Source of the DNA: an uncultured Planctomycetia bacterium | GTDB lineage: Bacteria; Omnitrophota; Gorgyraeia; 1-14-0-20-64-10 | NCBI GenBank assembly: GCA_964373715.1 | Contig: CAYJVR010000002.1 | Span: 246,937 to 310,936 of the forward strand | DNA length: 64,000 bases | Direction: 5' to 3' | Part shown: positions 56,484 through 64,000 of the stretch, piece after piece | Layout: each line of letters starts with the position of its first letter | Position numbering within the stretch: the stretch's first letter is position 1 | Notes under the pieces: model-generated | Told to the model about the DNA's origin: nothing | The model's database searches: none | What the model saw: only the letters and a program-made list of their open reading frames with translations | Translations under genes and position numbers: made by a program

Positions 56484-57586
56484 AGATACTCCTTCTGACG
56501 ACCCACTTGGATATGGGAGGGATCCCGATCTACGTGGTCAACCTGGCCCTCGGGCTGAAAAAGCGGGGCCATGAGCCGATTGTTGTTTCTGAAGGAGGCC
56601 GGCTCGAGAAGCGGCTGACAACAGAGGGCATCCGCTCCGTCAAGGTGCCGTTCCGCACGTCAAGTGAACTGAACCCAAAACTTTGGTTCCAGGTTCTGCC
56701 GGCCCTTTTTTCCATCGTCCGGAAAGAGAAGCCGGATTTGATCCACGCCCATACGCGGGTGGCGCAGGTGATGGCGCTGGCCCTTTCGTCCATTACCCGG
56801 ATTCCCTATGTCAGCACCTGCCACGGGTTGTATCGCTTCCGCGTGGGGAGGCGTTTTTTCCCCTGCTGGGGGAAGAAGGTGATCGCGATTTCCGAGGCGA
56901 CGATGGATCTGCTCATTGAGCAGTACAAGCTCGTTCCTCCCCACCAGGCGGTCCTCGTTTGGAACGGCGTGGAGGTGGAGTTCTTCCTGGAGAAACCGTC
57001 CCATCAGGAGATGGATTCCTTCCGGCAGGTCAATGGTTTGACCGGTTCTCCTGTCATCGGGGCGATCGCCCGATTGAGTCCGGTCAAAGGGTTTCACCTG
57101 CTTCTTCAGGCGGTGCCGGATCTGCTGAAAGAGTTCCCGAACCTCCAGGTCCTTCTGGTCGGGGAGGGCCCGGCGAAAGAGAGCCTCATCCGCCAGGCGT
57201 ACGAATTGAAAATTGAAGAGCATGTCGTCATCGTTCACCCGATGGATGACATACGGGTCCCCCTGTCTCTGATGGATGTGGCTGTTACCCCGTCGCTGCA
57301 GGAAGGGTTCGGCTTGGCTATTGTTGAGGCGATGGCGGCCGGCGTCGCTGTTGTCGCCACCGATTCCGGCGGCCCGAAAGAGATCATCGAGCATGAAAAG
57401 AGCGGCCTTCTGATTCCTCCGAATGATGCGGGCCTGCTGGGCCGGGCGGTCCGCTCCCTTCTGAAAAATCCGGAGCTGCGCGAGCGGATTGCCGAGGCCG
57501 GCCGCCAGCGGGCGGTGAAACGCTTCAATATGGAACGTGTGGTGCAGGAGGTGGAGGCGGTCTACACGCTTTCCATGAAGAGCTGA
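56480..57586 (+). CDS. glycosyltransferase family 4
   Basis: MKILLLTTHLDMGGIP N-domain and C-domain EGFGLAIVEAMAAGVAVVATDSGG. Start overlaps the previous stop (ATGA). Confidence 0.8.
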   Translation: MKILLLTTHLDMGGIPIYVVNLALGLKKRGHEPIVVSEGGRLEKRLTTEGIRSVKVPFRTSSELNPKLWFQVLPALFSIVRKEKPDLIHAHTRVAQVMALALSSITRIPYVSTCHGLYRFRVGRRFFPCWGKKVIAISEATMDLLIEQYKLVPPHQAVLVWNGVEVEFFLEKPSHQEMDSFRQVNGLTGSPVIGAIARLSPVKGFHLLLQAVPDLLKEFPNLQVLLVGEGPAKESLIRQAYELKIEEHVVIVHPMDDIRVPLSLMDVAVTPSLQEGFGLAIVEAMAAGVAVVATDSGGPKEIIEHEKSGLLIPPNDAGLLGRAVRSLLKNPELRERIAEAGRQRAVKRFNMERVVQEVEAVYTLSMKS

Positions 57587-58563
57587 TGAAGAAGGCCAGG
57601 GAACGGATCCTGATCGTCTCGGTCAATTGGCTGGGGGATTTGATCTTCATGACTCCGGCGATCCGGGCGATTCGCCGGGCCTACCCGGACAGCCATATCG
57701 CCTGCCTTGTTCCCAGGTCCGGGCTGGACCTCTTGAGCGCCAACCCGCACCTGGATGAAGTGGTCCCTTTCGAGGAGTCGAGGGGGGCCGCCGGTTTCTT
57801 CCGATGGCTTGGCCTCATCGGCCGACTTAAATCAAAACGGTTCGACACCGCCTACCTGTTCCACCGCTCTTTCACCCGGGCGCTCATCGTTGCGATGGCC
57901 GGCATTCCGGACCGGATCGGGCCCGGCACCCGGAAGCAGTCCCGGCTTTTGACGCAGTCGGTCACGATGCCCTCCAAAGATTCGGTGCATAAGGCGGCCT
58001 GGTATCTGAAGATCCTCGAGGCGGACGAGATATTCCCGGACGGCCCGCAGTACGATTTGGCCCTGCTCGACGAGGATGAGACCGCGGCGGACAGGATGCT
58101 TGCCGGGCTGGGCCTGCGCCCCGGCGAGAAATTCGTCGCGATCCATCCGGGGGCCAACTGGAAACCGAAGCGGTGGCCCGCCGAAAACTTCGCCCGGCTT
58201 GCCGACTTGCTCCGCGAGAAGCGGGGAATCCGCGCGGTCTTTGTCGGAGGCCCCGGCGACGTGGATCTTGTCCGGGAGATCCGCGCCTTCATGAAGAGCG
58301 AACCGGCCGTGGCGACTGGCAAGACCTCGCTGAGGGAATCCGCGGCGCTGGTAAAGAGGGCCGCGGCGCTCGTGTCGAACGATTCCGGGCCTCTGCACAT
58401 CGGGGCCGCGGTCGGGACCGCGGTGATCGGGCTGTTCGGGCCGACCGACCCTGCGCTTTCCGGGCCTCCGTCCGGCACGAAAGGGGTTTTGATCTGCGGG
58501 CTCGGCTCAATGCAAAACATCAAAGTGGAACAGGTATTGGCCGCAGTGGAGATATTTTTATGA
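57586..58563 (+). CDS. ADP-heptose:LPS heptosyltransferase (GT9)
   Basis: RILIVSVNWLGDLIFMTPAIRAIRRAYP N-terminal GT9 signature and C-terminal NDSGPLHIGAAVG. Confidence 0.8.
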   Translation: MKKARERILIVSVNWLGDLIFMTPAIRAIRRAYPDSHIACLVPRSGLDLLSANPHLDEVVPFEESRGAAGFFRWLGLIGRLKSKRFDTAYLFHRSFTRALIVAMAGIPDRIGPGTRKQSRLLTQSVTMPSKDSVHKAAWYLKILEADEIFPDGPQYDLALLDEDETAADRMLAGLGLRPGEKFVAIHPGANWKPKRWPAENFARLADLLREKRGIRAVFVGGPGDVDLVREIRAFMKSEPAVATGKTSLRESAALVKRAAALVSNDSGPLHIGAAVGTAVIGLFGPTDPALSGPPSGTKGVLICGLGSMQNIKVEQVLAAVEIFL

Positions 58564-59513
58564 AAATACTGATCATCAGTCTTAGCAACCTGGGCGACGC
58601 GATCCTGACCACCCCGGCAATCCAGGGTTTAAGGGAGGCATACCCTGGCGCCGAGTTCCATGTGCTGGCTGGCCCGAAGACGCGAGATCTTTTCTCCGGC
58701 GACCCGGGATTCCACAAAGTCTGGATATGGGAGAAGAAAGCGTCGCTTTTCGCCCAGATCGGGCTGGTCCTTCAATTGATGAGGTCCGGCTACAAGCTGG
58801 TGGTCGATTTCAAGAACACGCTGATCCCTGTCTTTCTTTTCGGCGCGAAGCGGACGCCGTTCGTTCGCCGGTTCCCTCCGGGCGTGGTTCACCGGGCGGA
58901 CCAGCACCTGTCGTTGCTTTCTTCGGTCGGTGTGCAGCCCCCGAAAAATGTGCCGAGACTCCCTTACGGGCCGGAGGAGGAGCTGAAGGTCCAGGGGTGG
59001 TTGAACTCCGCCGGCGCGGCGCCGGCCGGCGGTTACGCCGCGATCGTTCCAGGCGCCAAGAGTCACCTGAAGCGCTGGGCTCCGGAAAAGTTCGCGTTTG
59101 TCGCCGATGAACTTTCCGCCGGGCGGAATATGGGGATTTTTTTGATCGGCGGGGCGGAGGACAAGCCGGAAGCGGAGGCGGTTCAACGGGCGATGAAGCA
59201 CCGGGCAGTAAATCTTTGCGGGGTGACTTCCATCCGTGAACTGGCCGCCCTCTTTGCTAAGATAAGCGTCGTGATCACCAACGACACCGCCAACCTGCAC
59301 GTGGCCCAGCTGATGGGGACGCCGACGGTGGCGGTCTTCGGGCCGACCGATGAGAAAAAGTACGGACCGCGGAATTCAAATTCCACGGTGGTGCGCAGGC
59401 GGTTGGTCTGCGCGCCGTGCGAAAAGGCGCTCTGCGCGTATGATCATGAATGCATGAAGTGGGTTGGGCCGGAGGAAGTCTATTCCTCCGCCGTGAAGGT
59501 GTTAAATGGTTGA
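58560..59513 (+). CDS. ADP-heptose:LPS heptosyltransferase (GT9)
   Basis: MKILIISLSNLGDAILTTPAIQGLREAYP and C-terminal NDTANLHVAQLMG. ATG at 58560 overlapping the previous stop; the ORF-track start at 58173 is in frame but overlaps the upstream gene. Confidence 0.8.
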   Translation: MKILIISLSNLGDAILTTPAIQGLREAYPGAEFHVLAGPKTRDLFSGDPGFHKVWIWEKKASLFAQIGLVLQLMRSGYKLVVDFKNTLIPVFLFGAKRTPFVRRFPPGVVHRADQHLSLLSSVGVQPPKNVPRLPYGPEEELKVQGWLNSAGAAPAGGYAAIVPGAKSHLKRWAPEKFAFVADELSAGRNMGIFLIGGAEDKPEAEAVQRAMKHRAVNLCGVTSIRELAALFAKISVVITNDTANLHVAQLMGTPTVAVFGPTDEKKYGPRNSNSTVVRRRLVCAPCEKALCAYDHECMKWVGPEEVYSSAVKVLNG

Positions 59514-59517
59514 GATC

Positions 59518-59553
59518 GTCATTGCGAGGAGTGGAACGACGAAGCAATCTCAT
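59518..59553. repeat. solo end-module of the MITE-like family (copy D)
   Basis: GTCATTGCGAGGAG-N12-GCAATCTCAT, the same two-part module as the left end of copy B, 5 nt after a heptosyltransferase stop codon. Confidence 0.55.
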
Positions 59554-59609
59554 CTTGAAGCGCGCCGGTTCGGGTGTAAGGTTCTTTTTGTGGAAGGTGG
59601 CGGCAGGTA

Positions 59610-60674
59610 ATGTCTAATAGGATCCTCATCATACGGACCGACAGGATCGGGGATGTGGTTCTCTCCACGCCGGTGATCCGGACGCTGAGGAGAACTTATC
59701 CCGATGCGTACATCGGCATGATGGTGCGCCCCGAGAACCGGGAGCTTGTCGACGGGAACCCGGACCTGAACGAGGTGGTCCTGTACGACAAAGAGGGGGA
59801 GCATAAGAGCTGGCTTGCCACGCTCCGGTTCGCGTTCCAGCTTAAAACCAAGCGGTACGATACCGCCGTCATCCTCCATTCCACGAACCGGGCGATACTC
59901 GTGAGCTTTTTTGCCGGCATCAAGCGGCGGATCGGCTACGCGCGGCGCCTGCCGTGGCTGCTGACCGACCCGGTGCCGTACGTGAAGAAAGAGGGCCAGC
60001 GGCATGAGCTGGATTACAACCTCGACCTGTTAAAGCCTATTGGGATCCGGTCCGCCGTGAGGGACCTTTTTATCCCGACGGCTCCGGCGCAGCAGAAGAA
60101 GGTGGAGAATTTTCTTTTCCACGAGGGGATCGGCAACAACCCCTACATCGTGATCCATCCGGGGGCAAGCTGTCCCTCGAAGAGATGGCCGTTTGCCCGG
60201 TTTGCGGCGCTTGCCGACCGGTTGATTCACCATTACGGGATCGAGGTAGTGGTAATCGCCGGGCCGGGAGATAAAAAGACCGGGGAGGAGATGGTCCGGA
60301 GCATGGCCTACCGGCCGGCGCAAGCGTTGGGAATTTTTTCGCTCGGCGAGACAGCTTGCCTGCTGAAGGGAGCGAAATGTCTTATTTCCAACGACAGCGG
60401 GCCGGTTCATATCGCTTCGGCGGTCGGCGCGCCGGTGGCGGCGATTTTCGGGCGCTGGGGCGGCGGATTGTCCCCCACGCGCTGGGGTCCGACCGGCCCG
60501 AACAGCCGCATCCTTCATAAAGATATCGGGTGCCGGCCTTGCCTCGCCCATGCGTGCACGATTGGGTTTGCCTGTCTGGGAGCAATTACCGTGGATGAGG
60601 CGGAGGCGGCGGTCCAGCAGCTTGCCGGGTTGGTGAGGAAGAAGGACGAGGTCACGATTGAGATTGTCAGCTGA
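59610..60674 (+). CDS. ADP-heptose:LPS heptosyltransferase (GT9)
   Basis: RILIIRTDRIGDVVLSTPVIRTLRRTYP and C-terminal NDSGPVHIASAVG. Confidence 0.8.
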   Translation: MSNRILIIRTDRIGDVVLSTPVIRTLRRTYPDAYIGMMVRPENRELVDGNPDLNEVVLYDKEGEHKSWLATLRFAFQLKTKRYDTAVILHSTNRAILVSFFAGIKRRIGYARRLPWLLTDPVPYVKKEGQRHELDYNLDLLKPIGIRSAVRDLFIPTAPAQQKKVENFLFHEGIGNNPYIVIHPGASCPSKRWPFARFAALADRLIHHYGIEVVVIAGPGDKKTGEEMVRSMAYRPAQALGIFSLGETACLLKGAKCLISNDSGPVHIASAVGAPVAAIFGRWGGGLSPTRWGPTGPNSRILHKDIGCRPCLAHACTIGFACLGAITVDEAEAAVQQLAGLVRKKDEVTIEIVS

Positions 60675-61665
60675 AGCGGCCTGTCCTGAGCCGTCCGTTC
60701 ATCCTTCGACAAGCTCAGGACGAACGGACGAGTCGAAGGGCTCAGGACGAACGGTATTCCTTCATCTCTTCCTGATTTTTCTTGTTCTCGTTGTAACACT
60801 GTCCGGATGCGCGAGGGCGACCATCGGCAGGAGGAAGCCTTTGCCGGAATCTCCGGAGGTCCCTTCTGCCGCCGTTACCGCTTCCGCCGAGAGCATCCCC
60901 GCCGCCTCCCCCGCGGCTAAACCTGTGTCCCGGCTGAAAGAGGGGCGGGGGCCTGTCATTCCGGCCCTTAAAGAGTATCCGGTCGGGGAAGAGCTGGAAT
61001 ACCAGATCTCCTGGCTCGGGGTTCCCGTCGGGCTGGTGACGATCACGGTCAGTGAAACGGCCGACGCGGATGGTCTGCTGAAGGGTTTGAAGAAACTCTC
61101 TTGCGTGGGGCGCTCCAATAAGTATCTGGAGACGTTCTATCCGGTTTTGATCCAGCTGACCAGCTATGTGGACCCGCAGACCGGCTCCCCGAGGCGGTTC
61201 GAGGCGTCGGTGAAGCGGCGCAAGCGGAAGCACGAAAGCTCCATCACGTTTGATCCGGTCCAAAAAACGGCATTCCACAAACTGCCGAAGAAGAAATCAA
61301 CCACCGTTCCTGTTTCAGAAAAGACGCAGGATGGGATAAGCCTCCTTTATTACTCCCGGACTCTGCCGTTTCGCGTGGGGCAGGAGGTCCCTCTGGAGGT
61401 GACGGCCGACGGCAAGAATTGGCACATGACCGGCCGCATCCTTCGCGCCGGCACAGTGGATCTTCGCGGACTTCAGGTCTGGCAGGCGTTTGAAGGGCAG
61501 CTGCAGCTGGCCTACCCGGTCCCCTTTTTCGAAGGGGCGAAGGCTTTCGTCTGGTTCAGCGCCGATGAACAGAGAATTCCCTTGTTGGCGAAGATCAAGT
61601 CGGCGATCGGGCCGGTCAGCGTGGTCTTAACGCGCCGCGGGTCTTCCTCCTCATCGAATCTTTGA
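60658..61665 (+). CDS. hypothetical lipoprotein
   Basis: Lipobox-like LVVTLSGC after a hydrophobic stretch. No recognisable domain. Start codon is uncertain: only TTG candidates lie upstream of the signal peptide, and they fall within the repeat cluster. Confidence 0.45.
   Translation: MRLSAEAACPEPSVHPSTSSGRTDESKGSGRTVFLHLFLIFLVLVVTLSGCARATIGRRKPLPESPEVPSAAVTASAESIPAASPAAKPVSRLKEGRGPVIPALKEYPVGEELEYQISWLGVPVGLVTITVSETADADGLLKGLKKLSCVGRSNKYLETFYPVLIQLTSYVDPQTGSPRRFEASVKRRKRKHESSITFDPVQKTAFHKLPKKKSTTVPVSEKTQDGISLLYYSRTLPFRVGQEVPLEVTADGKNWHMTGRILRAGTVDLRGLQVWQAFEGQLQLAYPVPFFEGAKAFVWFSADEQRIPLLAKIKSAIGPVSVVLTRRGSSSSSNL
60672..60745 (+). repeat. compound inverted/direct repeat cluster (CCTGAGC/GCTCAGG, GTCCGTTC/GAACGGAC, CCTTCGAC/GTCGAAGG; GCTCAGGACGAACGG x2)
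   Basis: Starts at the stop codon of the last heptosyltransferase and extends into the apparent 5' end of the next ORF. Able to form alternative hairpins. Confidence 0.5.
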
Positions 61666-61770
61666 TTTTCCGGGCTGTTCTCAGTATAATAACAATGATC
61701 TTCAGGATAAAATCCAGCAAGGCGCCGGGGAAACGTGCCTTGCTTTTGTTGTCTCTGGGATAAAAAAGAA

Positions 61771-64000
61771 ATGAACGGAAAAAATACCTTATGGCGGCCT
61801 GAATTCGAGAAAGACAGCTGCGGCGTCGGCTTCATCGCCGATGTCTCCGGCAAACCCAGCCATCGTGTGTTAAGGATGGGGATCCAGGGGGTTTGCTGCG
61901 TGACCCACCGGGGGGCTGTCTCCGCCGACGCGAAGACCGGTGACGGCGCCGGTGTTTTGACCCAGATACCCCGCAAGCTGTTTGCCCGGGAGATGGGCAA
62001 GCTGGGGCACCCGAAAGCGAATGTTCAAGAGCTGGCGGTAGGGGTCTTCTTCCTGCCGCAGGACCCAAGCACCCGCAGTGCCGCCAAGGGGATCGTCGAC
62101 CGGATTGTCCGGGAGCAGGGGCTTGTCTATTACGGCTGGCGCGAGGTGCCGGTCAACCCGGATGTTTTGGGCGACAAGGCGCTGGCCACGATGCCGGCGA
62201 TCCAACACCTGCTGGTTGGCAAGCCGCCGAAAGGACAGCCGGGGGAGGATTATGAGCGCCTCCTTTACTACACCCGCCGGCAGATCGAGTTCGCTTTCGA
62301 GCGGGCCCGGCTCTCCGACTGCTACATCCCCTCTTTTTCCTCGAAGACGATTGTCTACAAGGGACTCTTTGTGGCGACGCAGCTTTCGAGTTTCTACGAG
62401 GACCTGGCCGACGCCTCCTTTGAGACGGCGATTGCGTTGTTCCATCAGCGGTATTCGACGAACACGTTTCCGACCTGGCCGCTGGCCCAACCGTTCCGCC
62501 ACATCGGCCACAACGGGGAGATCAACACTCTTCTCGGCAACCAGAACTGGATGCGGGCCCGCGAGCCGGAATTGAAATCGCCGATTTGGGGCGACAGGAT
62601 CAAGGAGATCGTCCCGGTTATTCAGAAGGGGGGTTCCGACTCGGCGATGCTCGACAACGTGCTGGAGCTTCTGACCGCCTCCGGTTACGGGATCCTCCAT
62701 TCGATGGCGACGCTAGTTCCGGAAGCCTGGCAGAACATGCCTGGCATGGACCAGAAGGACAAATCCTTTTTCGAGTACCAGGCTTGCATCTCCGAGCCGT
62801 GGGACGGTCCGGCGGCGCTTGCCTTCACCGACGGCATCGTTGTCGGCGCGACCCTCGATAGGAACGGTTTAAGGCCTTCCCGCTACAAGGTGACCCGCGA
62901 CGGTTTGGTGATTCTCGGCTCCGAGGTCGGCATCGTGGACCTGGACGATGCGCAGGTAATCGAGTCGGGCCGGCTCGGTCCCGGCAAGATGATCGCCGTG
63001 GACACCGCCCGGAAAAGGATATTAAGGGACCATGACATCAAGCATGAGCTGGCCAGCCGGCATCCGTACGCCGCCTGGCTGCATGAGCATATGGTGCGCC
63101 CCGGTCTGATGAAGCTCAATGAAGGCAAGCCGGCCGTGAGCTACGACGGCAAGGATGAGGATCTTCAGAAGAAGATCAAATCGTTCGGCCTCAACCAGGA
63201 GGACCTCCAGTTCATCGTCAAGGCGATGGCCGAAACCGGCAAAGAGCCGGTTGGCTCGATGGGGGACGACGCGCCTCTGGCGATCCTCTCGACCAAGCCC
63301 AGGATCATCCCCACCTATTTCAAACAGCTGTTCGCCCAGGTGACCAACCCGCCGATCGACCCTCTACGGGAGAGGCTTGTCATGTCGCTCAATACCGGCC
63401 TCGGCGCTCGCGGCTCAATGCTGGAGGAAACTCCAGAACACGCGAAGTGGATCAAGTTCAACTCGCCGGTTTTGACCGAGCCGGAAATGGCCTGGCTCGA
63501 GAACTTTAATGACCCGAATTTTAAAATATTCTGCCTGCCGGCCCTCTTTTCAGCCGCCGAGGGCCCGCAGGGCCTCGAGAAGGGGATCCGCCGTCTCTGC
63601 GATTTGGCCGCCGCCGCGGTGGACGCGGGCAGTTCGATTCTGATCCTTTCCGATAAAGGGGTGGACGCCAAGCACGCGGCGATCCCGATGGGGATGGCGG
63701 CAGGGGCGGTGCACCATTCCCTTATCCGGCAGGGCAAGAGGCTCAAGGCTTCCCTCATTTGCGAAACGGGCCAGGTTTGGGACGTGCACCATTACGCGTT
63801 TCTGATCGGCTACGGGGCCGCGATGGTCTATCCTTACGCCGCCTACGAGACGATTGCCTGGTGTCACGCGACGGGCAAGATTAAGGATGTCACGCTGGAC
63901 CAGGCCTGGGCCAACTATAAGAAGTCGGTCGAGGACGGGATTCTCAAGATCATGTCCAAGATGGGGATCTCCCTCGTGGCCAGCTACCGGGGCGCGCAGA
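61771..64000 (+). CDS. gltB: glutamate synthase large subunit, N-terminal part (class II glutamine amidotransferase domain and start of central domain); continues beyond the window
   Basis: MNGKNTLWRPEFEKDSCGVGFIADVSGKPSHRVL... with the catalytic CGVGF N-terminal nucleophile motif. The frame stays open to the window end, so this gene is absent from the stop-delimited ORF track. Confidence 0.85.
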   Translation, partial: MNGKNTLWRPEFEKDSCGVGFIADVSGKPSHRVLRMGIQGVCCVTHRGAVSADAKTGDGAGVLTQIPRKLFAREMGKLGHPKANVQELAVGVFFLPQDPSTRSAAKGIVDRIVREQGLVYYGWREVPVNPDVLGDKALATMPAIQHLLVGKPPKGQPGEDYERLLYYTRRQIEFAFERARLSDCYIPSFSSKTIVYKGLFVATQLSSFYEDLADASFETAIALFHQRYSTNTFPTWPLAQPFRHIGHNGEINTLLGNQNWMRAREPELKSPIWGDRIKEIVPVIQKGGSDSAMLDNVLELLTASGYGILHSMATLVPEAWQNMPGMDQKDKSFFEYQACISEPWDGPAALAFTDGIVVGATLDRNGLRPSRYKVTRDGLVILGSEVGIVDLDDAQVIESGRLGPGKMIAVDTARKRILRDHDIKHELASRHPYAAWLHEHMVRPGLMKLNEGKPAVSYDGKDEDLQKKIKSFGLNQEDLQFIVKAMAETGKEPVGSMGDDAPLAILSTKPRIIPTYFKQLFAQVTNPPIDPLRERLVMSLNTGLGARGSMLEETPEHAKWIKFNSPVLTEPEMAWLENFNDPNFKIFCLPALFSAAEGPQGLEKGIRRLCDLAAAAVDAGSSILILSDKGVDAKHAAIPMGMAAGAVHHSLIRQGKRLKASLICETGQVWDVHHYAFLIGYGAAMVYPYAAYETIAWCHATGKIKDVTLDQAWANYKKSVEDGILKIMSKMGISLVASYRGAQ

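Noticed and set aside
58173-58559. N-terminal extension of the third heptosyltransferase ORF.
   Set aside because: It overlaps the preceding GT9 gene. The conserved GT9 N-terminus (MKILIISLSNLGD) begins at the ATG at 58560, which overlaps the upstream stop codon.
1-64000. CRISPR arrays, rRNA genes, integrases and transposases.
   Set aside because: No regularly spaced direct repeats with unique spacers. No rRNA-like conserved stretches. The only recombinase is a chromosomal XerC/D-type. No transposase ORF accompanies the MITE-like repeats in this window.

Overview
High-GC (~63%) bacterial chromosomal segment, almost entirely transcribed on the + strand and densely packed; many genes overlap by 1-8 nt (ATGA/TGATG junctions). 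The gene content indicates an LPS-containing diderm: lnt, lolCD, mlaEFD, waaA-lpxK, lpxL and a run of GT9 heptosyltransferases. It also carries Firmicute-style operons: mcsA-mcsB-clpC and yacL-ispD-ispF-cysE-cysS. Other identifiable genes include lysS, an ilvE-like aminotransferase, tmk-holB-metG, nifS/iscS-tatD-CAAX protease-thiL-tsaE-tsaB-alr, an ilvD-ilvBN-ilvC-leuA block, aroE-pilD-aroC-aroK-dprA-thiS-like-topA-xerC, an LPS core cluster with three domain-fusion proteins, and the 5' part of gltB. Accessory or unusual content: a dispersed MITE-like repeat family (four loci) with 'GTCATTGCGAGGAG' terminal inverted repeats; a Phd/RelE toxin-antitoxin pair next to one MITE copy; a 1141-aa signal-peptide protein with an internal domain duplication and no recognisable domains, preceded by a MITE; a 70-aa excisionase-type HTH gene behind a near-consensus sigma70 promoter and a 35-bp palindrome; and a recurring G-quadruplex-capable G-run motif embedded in frame inside at least six coding regions. 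No rRNA, tRNA or CRISPR was detected. All calls rest on reading the translated ORFs for motifs; no database searches were run.
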